NCBI GenBank assembly: GCA_963812605.1
Contig: CAWEWF010000004.1
Coordinates: forward strand, 160,001-224,000
From: an uncultured Verrucomicrobiae bacterium
GTDB taxonomy: Bacteria; Verrucomicrobiota; Verrucomicrobiia; Palsa-1439
Length of the DNA stretch: 64,000 bases
Reading direction: 5' to 3'
A program made the position numbers and the translations under genes. Of this stretch, positions 21,642-32,347 are shown piece after piece (position 1 is the stretch's first letter; each line of letters begins with the position of its first letter). The notes under the pieces are model-generated. The model had not been told where the DNA came from. It ran no database searches and saw only the letters and a program-made list of their open reading frames with translations.

Positions 21642-21971
21642 ATGACGGAGCGATTCCACCACAATGTCTACGTCATCCTGCTCGATAGCGCCGTGTCGAA
21701 GGAGCGCAAGGTCAGGGCACTGAATCCGAAACGTGATTCGAAGAAGCCGTGCGTGTATGTCGGGATGACGGGGATTCCGCCGATCGAACGGTTTCAGAAC
21801 CACAAGGACGGCTACAAGGCGTCGTACTACGCTTGTAAATACGGCGTGCGATTGTTGCCGGAATTGTACGAATACCTCAACCCGATGCCGTACGAGGCGG
21901 CGTGCCAGATGGAGAAGGATTTGGCCGAGGACTTACGGGAGCAGGGTTACACCGTGTGCGGCGGGACCTAG
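21642..21971 (+). CDS. Small standalone GIY-YIG-superfamily nuclease-like protein
   Basis: VYVILL ... VYVGMTG .. ERF..H ... E..LA; about 109 aa from MTERF. Confidence 0.7.
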   Translation: MTERFHHNVYVILLDSAVSKERKVRALNPKRDSKKPCVYVGMTGIPPIERFQNHKDGYKASYYACKYGVRLLPELYEYLNPMPYEAACQMEKDLAEDLREQGYTVCGGT

Positions 21972-22010
21972 TGTGGTGTCACAGAAATGACTTTACGGTT
22001 TTCCGACTGT

Positions 22011-22110
22011 CCCCCTCACCTTAATCCTCTCCCCCGGAGGGGAGAGGAAATCCGCCAAGCGTACCTCAACAAACGCCTCCTCTCCCCTTGGGGGAGAGGC
22101 TGGGTGAGGG
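22011..22110. repeat. REP-like inverted pair (CCCCTCACC..CCTCTCCCC..GGGGAGAGG)
   Basis: Two GC hairpins in opposite orientation between convergent genes. Confidence 0.7.
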
Positions 22111-22187
22111 GTGTGTTCTCTTGTCTCATTGTAAAGGTCTGTTAGGGAAACCAGACTGGCGCGCCAGCAATTACAGGCGAAGCAGGG

Positions 22188-22661
22188 CTAGAACCCCAGG
22201 TTTCCAGTGTCTTTGGGCTTCAGGCTGAAGAGGTAATTGACCAGGAGCGTCATGTCGTTCGTATCGATGATTCCCTTATAGGATGGCATATGCAGTGGCG
22301 GGGTCGGGCCGTTGGGGTCCAGCTTCGGTTCAACGGGCACTCCGTCCCAAATCTTCTTGGCCAGGTCTTCCTTGGTATAGCTTTCAGCAACATGGATCAA
22401 TGGCGGGACTTTTTGCGCAGTTTGCGCATTGAAATTGTCCGTGGATTGATTGCCGCCGACGCCATGACAGGCGGTGCAACTGAATTTCCGGAAGATCTCC
22501 GCGCCCTTATCCAAATCCGGCTTCAACTTGGCAGTTTCCGCCGCCACTTCCGCCACCGCCTTGTGTCGTCGGTTCGCGTCCACATAACCGACGGTTACCA
22601 GAGAACCGCACATCGCCAGGCCCAGGAAACCCACGAAAAATTTTTGTGATGTATTCGTCAT
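22188..22661 (-). CDS. Membrane-anchored monoheme cytochrome c
   Basis: N-terminal TM helix, CTACH, distal HMP motif. Last gene after cytochrome b. Confidence 0.85.
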   Translation of the reverse strand: MTNTSQKFFVGFLGLAMCGSLVTVGYVDANRRHKAVAEVAAETAKLKPDLDKGAEIFRKFSCTACHGVGGNQSTDNFNAQTAQKVPPLIHVAESYTKEDLAKKIWDGVPVEPKLDPNGPTPPLHMPSYKGIIDTNDMTLLVNYLFSLKPKDTGNLGF

Positions 22662-22674
22662 GATGGTTCCTCTC

Positions 22675-23709
22675 TCAACCAGCGATGGCCTCCCACAGCA
22701 GCAAGCCAAGGGTGATGAGAAACGCCGTTGTCCCCACGATGCGTCCGAGATGCCGTTTCGGCGCGATCTTCTCAAGGCCCTCGTCGATGAACGGCCAGAA
22801 AAACATCCCGAGGACGAACAACACGACCCCGCCCAGTCCGACCATCTCCGGCACCAACTCCAGCCACCGAAATACCGGCCAGAAGTACCATTCGGGTCGG
22901 ATGACTGCCGGGGTCACCAAGGGATTGGCCGGTGGACCCATCGTGGGCGGGAAAAAAATCGCGTAGTTGACCAGGACGATCAACGCCAGCAACCCCACGA
23001 CCAGCTCCCGCAGGAAGTGATCGGGGAAAAAGGCGTAGGTCTCCGTGCGCGGATCATTTTCCAGACGCGCCACCCCGTGCATGCGGACCAACACAATGTG
23101 ACCCGCAATCAACAGCGTGATAATTGTCGGCAGGATCCCGATATGAATATCGTAGAAACGCGACATCGTGTTGGGATTCACTTCGGGTCCTCCTCGTAAC
23201 AGATACAACATCGGTTTACCGAGCAGGGGCATTGTCCCGACCATGTTCGTGCCCACGATCGTGGCCCAGTACGAAAGCTGGTCATTAACCAGCGAATACC
23301 CCGTGAAAGCGAATCCCATGACAGTCATAAACAGCGCCACGCCCAACATCCAGTTTATTTCCCTGGGTTTGCGGTAAGCCCTCGTACCAAACACCCGGAT
23401 CATGTGCAACAGCATCGTAATGATCATCAACTGCGCCGCCCCGCGATGAATCCCGCGAACGAACCATCCAAACCGCACGTGAAAGGTGATGTTCTGGATG
23501 CTCTCATAGGCGTGCGAAGGATCGGGCACATAATAAAACGTCAGCAAAATCCCGGTCATAGCGAGGATACAGAACATCAGCAGCGGCGTACCACCCAGGC
23601 AGGCCAGCCATGTCTTGAGATGAACCGGTAACTCCTCGCGCAACGGCTTGCGCAGTGTCTCCGGATCCACCGGCACCCGTTCGTGCAGCCATTCCAGGAA
23701 GCGGCTCAT
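22675..23709 (-). CDS. Cytochrome b of a Rieske/cytb complex (b6-like N-domain fused to subunit IV)
   Basis: CLGG, heme-ligand His pairs (RGIH...LLH; DIH...AGH), FTGYSL...SYWA, PEWYF. Confidence 0.92.
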   Translation of the reverse strand: MSRFLEWLHERVPVDPETLRKPLREELPVHLKTWLACLGGTPLLMFCILAMTGILLTFYYVPDPSHAYESIQNITFHVRFGWFVRGIHRGAAQLMIITMLLHMIRVFGTRAYRKPREINWMLGVALFMTVMGFAFTGYSLVNDQLSYWATIVGTNMVGTMPLLGKPMLYLLRGGPEVNPNTMSRFYDIHIGILPTIITLLIAGHIVLVRMHGVARLENDPRTETYAFFPDHFLRELVVGLLALIVLVNYAIFFPPTMGPPANPLVTPAVIRPEWYFWPVFRWLELVPEMVGLGGVVLFVLGMFFWPFIDEGLEKIAPKRHLGRIVGTTAFLITLGLLLWEAIAG

Positions 23710-24176
23710 GTCTGCACCTTCTGGGCGGGGATCATCACATACACGTCATCGCCACGCGCCTTGACCGCCAGGTTCGTCAAGGGACGCGGTGGCGGACCGG
23801 AAATATTACTCCCATCGGCGCCATAGATGCCGCGATGACAGGGACAGACGAATTGGTTCAACTCCGGATGCCATTTAACGATGCAGCCCATGTGCGTGCA
23901 AATGGCTGAGAATGCGCGCATCTGCCCGCCCACGTTCTCGATCATGACCGCCCCTTCCGCCAGTTGCGCGAAATGAACGGCCCCCAGGGGGATATCGGTG
24001 GTTTTCGCCGCCAACACCTCCACCATCTTCACCGGCTCCACCACCGGGTAGAGGTACTCAAAGAACCGCACGAACAAACTTCCCAGTCCGAGCGTGATCC
24101 CGGTTCCCATAACGAGGTTGGCGAGAAACTCCCGACGACTTCGCACTTCCGGCGAAGGCTGAACGTGCTCTTCCAT
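23706..24176 (-). CDS. Rieske [2Fe-2S] protein
   Basis: Tat motif SRREFL plus TM; CTHMGC and CPCHRGIY; GPPPRPL. Confidence 0.93.
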   Translation of the reverse strand: MEEHVQPSPEVRSRREFLANLVMGTGITLGLGSLFVRFFEYLYPVVEPVKMVEVLAAKTTDIPLGAVHFAQLAEGAVMIENVGGQMRAFSAICTHMGCIVKWHPELNQFVCPCHRGIYGADGSNISGPPPRPLTNLAVKARGDDVYVMIPAQKVQT

Positions 24177-24194
24177 GAATGTGGCTGGATGGGA

Positions 24195-24672
24195 CTACGG
24201 CTTGATCTTGTCCGTGACTTCCTTGAGTTTCTTTTCCTCTGCCGCGCGTTCGTCGGCCGACAAAGTCTTCAGCTTCGCGTCCAAGTCCGTCTTTTTGCGG
24301 ACACTGGAGTCATAGACGAGGAATTCGTAGATCTGCTTGGCCTCCGTTCCGTTGATGCCCGAGCCGGGTTTGTACATCATCCGCTTGATATAGCGTCCCC
24401 ATTCACCTGGCAGGACGTAGTCGGAATTGACCGGCCGGCTGAGCTTGTGGCACTGCGCGCATTTCTGGGAGAACGGACCGTAGTCGTCCTGGATTTGCTG
24501 CGGGTACTTGGAGACATCGATGGTGGCCGGCCCGGCCTCGGCCTTCGCAATGCGCGCTTTTGTCGCCTCATCAAGTTCATCCCCACGGGCCCGATCCACG
24601 AACCGCCCCAGTCAGGGCGACCGTGACGACACACAGGAAACCGGCGAAGAGTTTGGTGTTCATGGGAATCAT
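24195..24672 (-). CDS. Periplasmic monoheme cytochrome c, PscC C-terminal (c551)-like (frameshift near 24595)
   Basis: Signal peptide MNTKLFAGFLCVVTVAL in one frame; KCAQCH...WGRYIKRM...KPGSGI...AKQIYEFL in the next. Confidence 0.75.
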
Positions 24673-24688
24673 TGACAGTTCCTTTCTC

Positions 24689-26036
24689 TTAGAACCCGTA
24701 GGAGAGTTGGAGGATGAGGTTGTTATTCGCTTGCGAAGGATCGTTGCTATTGATCCACTCGTAGTCGCCTTCAAACCACAAGGTGTTGGTAATGTAGTAG
24801 ACGTAGCCTGCCGTATACCGCTCCGTCCGTGTGCCGAGGCCGTCGTTCTTCGTGTCATAACGGCCCACCAGCTCGAGGCTATTGATCATCGGGAAATCGA
24901 GTTGCAGCCCGGCCAGCTTGTAACCAGCCTGCACCCACCAGCCGCGTGGCGCAAACGTCCCGCGGTCGGTGCTCTCGACCCAGGTATTGACGTACTCGCC
25001 CTTGACTTCGACATTCGGGGTGAGGTGCAAGTGCGCCGTCGAACACAAACGCCGACCACAGTTTGTTATCCATGTCGTTCCACGTGCCGCTCTGGCCGGA
25101 GACGCCGAGTTCCACGTCCGAATGGGCCTTCCACGGGAAGAACCAGCCGACACGACCGCCCGCGCTGGGTGAGCCGTGCAGATTCATGGTATTACCACCC
25201 GCTGTAAGGCCAACGTTGCCACCGAGATCGAGCTCGCCGGAATCGGCCGTGCCGTCGGAAGAACTGGGACCATTCACGCCGTACACTGCGTACGTAACCG
25301 CCTGTCCTGAATCACCAATCGGCATCGCTCCCCGCAATTGCAGGCCGACTCCGGCTCCCGGCAATACATCGCGCGGGAGCGGACTGTCCGGTATTTTGTT
25401 GAGCCAACCGGCGGAGCGCTCGGAATAGGTGCCCAAAGGGAGCAGCATGTCACCGGCCACCACCGTCACGTAGTCGTTGAACAGATAGTCCAGGGTGCCG
25501 AAGCTAAGACTTACCGAATTTCCCGAGCCGCTGTCATGGGTACCGGCCGGGTTGCTGCCATTTTGCAGAATGACATCGAAGCCCGCCTCAAACAGCACTT
25601 TGTCCGTCGCGCGGAAGAGGAAGATTGGCGCGAAATCGGCCAGAGCGAAGGTGCTGTGCTGGCCCTCGGTCTTGGCAAATTGAAACTCGGCGTCACCGAC
25701 GACCATGAAGTTCTGTAGCGCATCCGGCCCGGTCACCGCCGCCGTTTTGGCGCTGGCCTCGGCGGACGCAGCGGTCTGCTTGGCTTCTTCGGCTTTCTTC
25801 TGTGCCTCCTCGGCCTTTTGTTGCGTCTCGGTCGTGGTCTTCTGTGTAACACCCTGTTGTTCCTTCAGTTGCTTGATTTCCTCCTGATCTTCCTGATGCG
25901 CTTTCTGCAAATCCTGAATCTGTTGGGACTGTAGCTGCATTTGCTGTTGCATCTTCTGGAAGTCCTCGTCGCTCACTGCCAGAGCGGACGCGCCGCCGAT
26001 GGTCAAGGCAGTCAAAATTAGGAAATAAGTTTTCAT
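24689..26036 (-). CDS. Outer-membrane beta-barrel (porin-like) with N-terminal coiled coil (frameshift near 25035)
   Basis: Signal peptide, Q/E/K-rich coiled coil, alternating amphipathic strands, C-terminal LQLSYGF (terminal Phe). Confidence 0.75.
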
Positions 26037-26055
26037 CGGTTTGATCCTTCCAGGA

Positions 26056-26364
26056 CTACTTACCGGCGTCTTCCTGAAGGTATTTGAGAATGTCTTTCGC
26101 CTGCGCCGCTGGTATCTGTGCGCGGGTGCGCATGTGAAGCATGATTGTCTTCCACTGCGCCGCCGTCCGCTCCGTTGCGTAACGTTCCGTATGGCAGCGG
26201 GCACAATTCATTGCGTACAACTCCTGACCCGTGAGTTTCTTCTTCACCGGTTTGGTATCGCTGTCATTGGCGAAGGCGACGATGGCGGATGTGCTGACGA
26301 CGACCACCGCTGCGAAGACAGCAACGGCACCCGGACGCAGATATAGAGAGTGGAATCGGTTCAT
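26056..26364 (-). CDS. Small periplasmic monoheme cytochrome c
   Basis: Signal peptide, CARCH, WKTIMLHM. Confidence 0.85.
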   Translation of the reverse strand: MNRFHSLYLRPGAVAVFAAVVVVSTSAIVAFANDSDTKPVKKKLTGQELYAMNCARCHTERYATERTAAQWKTIMLHMRTRAQIPAAQAKDILKYLQEDAGK

Positions 26365-26502
26365 AGTCCCCCTAAAACTGAAGTTATATCGACACCTGTC
26401 AGTTTGTCTCGGAGACAGCCCAGGCGCTACTTGTCGCTTGGCATTCTCTTATCGCGGATTGCGGTGGGCTGGGAAGATGCGACGGAGCAAGGGCCGGCAG
26501 TC

Positions 26503-27393
26503 TCACATCGCCAACGGCGAGCGTAGCGTGGCCCTGTACTGCGTGGGCGGCATTCCGACATATTGCTTGAACACACTGTTGAAACGCGGGATCGATCCGA
26601 AGCCGGCCGCGTACACGACCTCGCTGATGCGCAGCGACGGATCCACCAGCAGAGTTTTGGCCTTTTCCAAGCGGACGCGCGTCACGTATTCGGTGAGTGT
26701 CATGCCGGTTGTCTTCTTGAAGAGTTTACAGAAGTGAAACGGGCTGACGTGGACGTGCTGCGCCACTTGCACCAGCATTATGGACTCCTCGACGTGGGAA
26801 TGAACAAACTCCTTGGCCGAGACCACCACCAGCGGCTCCTCGTCGGAGCTGGCAATAACAAAACGGTTCGCAAAGTCGGCCAGGTACTGTGCAAACACGT
26901 TCAGCAATTTGATGATCGCCTGGAACCTTCCCACACTGACCACGGGCGTCTCGAAATAGGCCCGCCGCGCCTTTTTTTCCCAGGCGCCGTTCGGCCCGCC
27001 GCGGAGCATCCCAACCACCATCGTAAAATCCCGCTGCGTTGGCTCGCGGCGCAATACCTGCCCGCTGAGCAAACTCGCCACATGCCGTCCACCGATTACC
27101 ACGGGCACCGCGACTACGGTGAGGCCCGCAAAGCAATGGATCTGCTGCGGGCTGAGTTTCCGCGCAGCCTTCAGCTGGACGCGCCTTTCATCCTGCAAGC
27201 ACGCCTCGCAGCCCGCTGGCGTGCGGGAGACCAGAGAGCAAAACGGGTTTCCCGATGGCCCAGGGGAGAATTCCCTCTCGGGATCGTACGGAGGAACGAC
27301 CTTCAGCGACACACCCGTGGCCTTACGAAACGCCGTCTCGTAATACTTGACGACAGGCAAGTTCGCCAAATCATCGAAGACCACTTGCTTCAT
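26503..27393 (-). CDS. AraC-family regulator with PocR ligand-binding domain
   Basis: NPFCSLV..CEAC...HCFAGL...SGQV (PocR) plus C-terminal double HTH (FKKTTGMT, GFGSIPRFNSVFK). Confidence 0.88.
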   Translation of the reverse strand: MKQVVFDDLANLPVVKYYETAFRKATGVSLKVVPPYDPEREFSPGPSGNPFCSLVSRTPAGCEACLQDERRVQLKAARKLSPQQIHCFAGLTVVAVPVVIGGRHVASLLSGQVLRREPTQRDFTMVVGMLRGGPNGAWEKKARRAYFETPVVSVGRFQAIIKLLNVFAQYLADFANRFVIASSDEEPLVVVSAKEFVHSHVEESIMLVQVAQHVHVSPFHFCKLFKKTTGMTLTEYVTRVRLEKAKTLLVDPSLRISEVVYAAGFGSIPRFNSVFKQYVGMPPTQYRATLRSPLAM

Positions 27394-27578
27394 GCGCCAA
27401 AAACCTCAGCCAGCCACGCGACGTGTCTCAACTGGGGGACAGTGTAGCCTACGCCTGTTGTCCCTGTCACTCCCGTAGTGACAACCGAATCTTCCCCAAA
27501 TCCTTGCGGGTGCCGTCGTGGACCTGCAAAGAGCGAGCGAGGAGCCCGTTCGATTCAATTTCGGCGGGGCCCTGAGTA

Positions 27579-28277
27579 TCAATCCCTCACGCGCGCGATG
27601 GCCAGGCCATCGACAAATTCACGGGTCACTGTCACCACGATCGATTCCAACTTCGGATTGCCCGCAAGTTTGCGGTTGAACTCTTGAATGCCGTCCAGCA
27701 GCGAATCGTCCACGCCTGGCTTTGGCTTTTCGGGACTGCCCAGGGTCTCGGCAATCCGGCGAATGACATTGTCCGCCAGAATCAGGCTGCCGGGCCTGGT
27801 AAGCTTCAGCGCGTAATCCAAGTACAAGGGATACCCGTCTTTGTTGGCATCGATGAAGACCAAATCGAATGGCGCCGCGCCTGACTGCACCATCTTCTCC
27901 AGGGTGTCTTGAGCTGCGCCCTGTCGAATGTCGACGATCGACCGCAGTCCCGCAAGCTCCAGGTTCTTGCTGGCGACTCGAACGTAATTCTCGTCCAGCT
28001 CCAAGGATACGAGCTGCCCTTTCGGTGCAATGGCCCGGGCCAGCCAAATTGTGCTGTACCCGCCCAACAAACCGATTTCGAGCACGCGCTTCGCGTCTGA
28101 AAGTTTCGCCAGCAAATAGAGCAGCTTGCCCTCGTTCGGCGAAACATGGATCTCCGGCAAGCCGGCTTCCGTCGCCACCTTCAACGCCTCTTCCAAGACC
28201 GCGTCGCGCGGCACAAACAATCGCTCAATATACTGATCAACTTCCACGAGCAAGGGATAGGGATTTGAGGTGGCCAT
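27579..28277 (-). CDS. SAM-dependent O-methyltransferase (Methyltransf_3)
   Basis: VSPNEGKLL, VLEIGLLGGYS, FDLVFIDANK, ADNV. Confidence 0.9.
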   Translation of the reverse strand: MATSNPYPLLVEVDQYIERLFVPRDAVLEEALKVATEAGLPEIHVSPNEGKLLYLLAKLSDAKRVLEIGLLGGYSTIWLARAIAPKGQLVSLELDENYVRVASKNLELAGLRSIVDIRQGAAQDTLEKMVQSGAAPFDLVFIDANKDGYPLYLDYALKLTRPGSLILADNVIRRIAETLGSPEKPKPGVDDSLLDGIQEFNRKLAGNPKLESIVVTVTREFVDGLAIARVRD

Positions 28278-28288
28278 AGGTAAACCTA

Positions 28289-28633
28289 TCATGCTTTCTT
28301 GAGGAGCATGTCCGTTTTCGCCGCGAAAAAGAAATCGCTTTCGGTCAACCCGTCGATCTTGTGCGTCCAAATACTGACTTTCACCTTGCCCCACGCGAGA
28401 TGGATGTCGGGATGATGTTTCTGTCGTTCGGCCAGGTCGCCGACGCGGTTCGTAAAATCGAGCGCCTCAGCGAAGTCCGCGAATTTGTATTCCTTCTCCA
28501 AGTGATGTTCGCCGACGAGTTGCCAGCCGTTATTCACGGCCCGGTGGAGCGCCTGCAATTTTTCGCCCGTCAAGGGAGGGACGCCACCTTTGCACGGGAT
28601 ACATTCCTTGGAGGCCAGGTCGCATGCATTCAT
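28289..28633 (-). CDS. phhB: Pterin-4-alpha-carbinolamine dehydratase
   Basis: CIPCKGGVPPL, HHPDI, WTHKIDGLTESDF. Confidence 0.9.
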   Translation of the reverse strand: MNACDLASKECIPCKGGVPPLTGEKLQALHRAVNNGWQLVGEHHLEKEYKFADFAEALDFTNRVGDLAERQKHHPDIHLAWGKVKVSIWTHKIDGLTESDFFFAAKTDMLLKKA

Positions 28634-28637
28634 ATAT

Positions 28638-31600
28638 TCATTCTTTCGCCAAGTGCGGCACGGAGAGATCGGGGCGCTGGCCGAAGTCCGGTCGCCGCGG
28701 GGGATTCGTCCGCAAAGCCTTGTTGATTTCCTGAAGCGCGCGGTCCAACTGCGGGTCGCGGCCCGCCACAAAATCCTGCGGCCGCATTTCCACTTCGATG
28801 TCAGGGTCGGTCCCGTAGTTTTCCACTTGCCAACCGACATCCTTGAACCAGAACGAAAACTCCGGCTGCGTGGTGAAGCTGCCATCCATGAGCGAATGCC
28901 TCGGCCAGATGCCGATCACACCGCCCCACGTCCGTTTGCCGATCAGCGGCCCGAGTCTTAACAGCTTGAAACCGTGCGAAAAAATGTCGCCGTCGGAGCC
29001 GGCGTACTCATTCGTGATCGCGACCATCGGTCCCGCGACGGAATCGACGGGATAGGGCTGGACATTGGACCAACGGGATTGGTTGTAGGCAATGCGACGC
29101 CGCGCCAGTTTTTCCAGGATCAATTCTGACACGTGCCCGCCGCCATTGAACCTCACATCCACAACGAGGCCTTCGCGGTCGATCTCGCTGAGGAAATAGC
29201 GATGAAACTCGGAATAGCCCTGCGGTCCCATGTTGGGGATGTGCACGTACCCCACCCGCCCTTTCGTGCGCTCGTGCACAAAACGGCGGTTCGTTTCGAC
29301 CCATTCGCGATAGCGGGCCGGGAACTCGCTCGCCAGCGTCTTCACGGCGACCGTGCGCGCGCCTCTGCCTTTGGCGTCGCCGACGGTGATCAGCACTTCC
29401 TCGTCCGACTGATTCACGAGCAGCGCGTTCGGGTGCGTTGCGGCATCGAGACGGCGCCCGCCAATCGCCAGCAACGTGTCGCCTTCGCGCACATTGACGG
29501 CGGGCGCCACCAACGAGGAGCGCGCCTCTTCATCCCACGGATCGCCCTGGACGATGTGCGCGATTTTCCACGCCTTGACTGCCGCATCATAAACAAAATC
29601 CGCACCAAGCAGCCCGAGATCGTAGCGTGGCGGCTGACGGTGGTCGCCGCCGAATTCGTAGGCGTGCGACGTGCCGAGTTCCCCCTGCATTTCCCACATC
29701 AGGTCGGAGAATTCCGCGCGGGTGGCGATGCGCTCGACCAGCGGCAGGTAACGGTCGTATACCGCCTGCCAGTTCACCTTCGACATGTCCGCGGTCCAGA
29801 ACTGATCGCGTTGCAGTCGCCAGGCTTCGCGATACATTTGCCGCCATTCCGCGGGCGGTTTGACGGAAACCTTGACGCGAGCGAGGTCAATCCACCCGCT
29901 CTTCTTCCCGGGCGGTTCCTTCACCAGTTTCTCGTCGGGTTTTTCGCCGGCCTTCAGCACGCGCAAGCGCCGGCCCGCGCGATAGGCCAGCGTCTTGCGG
30001 TCGCCAGAAACGCGAAGTACGACATCTTCGCGACCAGCTCCTCCGCCTTCTGGGTCTCGAAATCGAACACTTCCAGCGTGGCCTTCCCTTGCGGCTCCGA
30101 TGACGGCGGCCAACTGTCGCCACCCAGGCTGCCTTCAATCGGCAGCGAAGTGAACAACACCTTGCCGCGAATGCCCGCGATCTGCTGGTAGCGACCATCT
30201 TCCACCGGAAACGCGAGGATGCGCGACTCGATGCCGTCGAAGTCGATCGTTACCGCCGCCTTTTTCTTCGCCTCCGCTTTGGCTTTGGCCTCGTCCTTCT
30301 TATCTTCCGGCGGTTTGGGCACGGGAACGAATGGCGAGGGCGTATCTTTGCGCAGCGTCACCAGGTACGGCTTCACGCCGCGCGGAAAGCCGAGATCGAA
30401 ATGGAGATTGTCGTAGACCGGATCAAACACGCGGTAGGAGAGGAAGTACAAAAACTTGCCGGCCGGATCGAACGACGGCGAAACGTCCTGCAACACGGGC
30501 CGGGTGACCAGGTGCACCTTCCCCGTTTTCACCTCGCACACCCGGATTGCCGACGTGTGCTGGCTCAAGGCGCAACTGTACGCAATCCAGCGTCCATCCG
30601 GCGACCAATCGAACCCCGCGATCTGCGCCCACGCGCTTTTATCCAGCACGCGCGTCTTGCGCGATTTCAAATCAACCAACAGCAATTCGTTGCGATGGTT
30701 CGACAGCGCCACTCGATCCGCTTTCGGGTCCACGCGCATCTCGATGACCCGGCCGATGCCCAGTCCGCTCAAGCGCGTCGTCTTCGCAAAACCATCGGTA
30801 CTATGAATCTCCAGGGTCTCCTCGCCCTCGGCGTCGCTGACGAGCACGATCCGCTTGCCGTCATTCAGCCAGCGTGGCAGGCGACGGCGCGCGGTGTCCG
30901 CATCGCCATGTTGGAGAACCGGCCCCTCCCAATTTCCCATCGTGAAACACTTGCCGCGCGTGCCGAGCGCCAGCAGGTGGCCTTGCGGATGCGGTTCGAA
31001 GCTGTCCAAATACTTCGCCGCGTCCACGAACTTCCGTTGCCGCTGCGTGCGCGGGCTGTCGTACTCCATCTCGATCCGGGCCGTCGTATTCGTCGCGGGA
31101 TCAAAAACAAACAGGTCTGCGCCGGCATGGTAAACAATGCGCCGTCCGTCCGTCGCGGGATGGCGCGCGTAGAAATTTTCGTGATGCGTGTGCCGCTTGC
31201 AGGCCCTTGCCCGTGGGCGTGCAGGACCAGAGATTGCCGACCGATTCATGGTCGGAAAGAAAATAAATGCGCGAGCCGATCCACAGCGGGCGGGAGAGAT
31301 TGCCTTTCAGTTGGATCAGCCGGCGGAACTGTCCGCTACCGATGGGATCGATCCACAGATCGCCCGCCGTGCCGCCGCGATAACGCTTCCAGCGCGCGGG
31401 ATCAAGCGCGTTGCGACCGATGACGCAACCGCCGTTCGGCCCGAACGAAATCGACTGGGCGGGTCCGGTCGGCAGCAATTCCGGCGCGCCGCCATCCAGC
31501 CCGATGGTCCATAAACGCGGCGGACTGCCGAATGGTTGTTGCGCGTTGCTGTTGAAAATGATTTTGCCCGACTCGGTCCAGCCGGCGACCAGCGTGTTCG

Positions 31601-31859
31601 CTCCCAGATACGTGAGTCTCCGCGCTTCGCCGCCTTCCGCGGGCATCACGTACACTTCCAGGCTGCCTTCATCGCGTCCACTGAACGCCAGCCATTTGCC
31701 ATCGCGCGAGAGCGCGGGATGGCTGACCGAGCCGAGGCCGGAGGTGAGCCGCCGCGCGATTCCGCCGCTGGCGGGAACCGTCCAAAGATCATCATCGCTG
31801 ACAAAGACAACCACGCCGTTGTGAATCGTCGGAAATCGGTAGTAGCCCTGCGTTTTCAT
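28638..31859 (-). CDS. Tricorn protease (S41; frameshifts near 31190 and 30005)
   Basis: Beta-propellers (WKRYRGGTAG), PDZ domain, and catalytic region SHAY, DVRFNGGG, AGSDGD, GKRTWGGV, ENYG, spread over three ORFs. Confidence 0.9.
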
Positions 31860-32347
31860 AAAGTGCCCGCAAGTTATACGCGGGCATGGTTTCCGTTGTG
31901 AAAGAATAAAGTCGTCAGTGTCATCCTATCATCCCCACGGGAAACCTGGTCGACAGAATAGCCATCGTCCTGTCAGTACTTCGACATGGGTTCTGAAACT
32001 CAGTTCCGAGATTGTGCCATGGCCCTGATATTGGAATGACACTATGAGCGATTTCTACCCACACCAGCCAGTGGCATGTGAGCGCATTGGTTGCTTACGA
32101 GCACCGTCGCGGCGGCGGGCGTTGCGAGTTGGTTATTTCCGAAATGATTATCGCTTGTATATGTTTCGCTGCGGTTTGCAGTTTTTATAGATGGATTTGG
32201 TTTTGCATCGAAGTTGGAAGGAGAGCCAATGTTAAGCAACATCGAAACCGAGCCAGGACACGCCAAACGTGTATCCAAGATGGGTCTATTGGATGTTTTG
32301 GATCGCTCTTTACAAGCCTAGCGGTAGCCCTCGAGATATTGGGGCTT

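Noticed and set aside
24195-24672. PscC-like cytochrome taken as evidence of phototrophy
   Set aside because: Only the small heme domain is similar; there are no reaction-centre or bacteriochlorophyll genes in the window.
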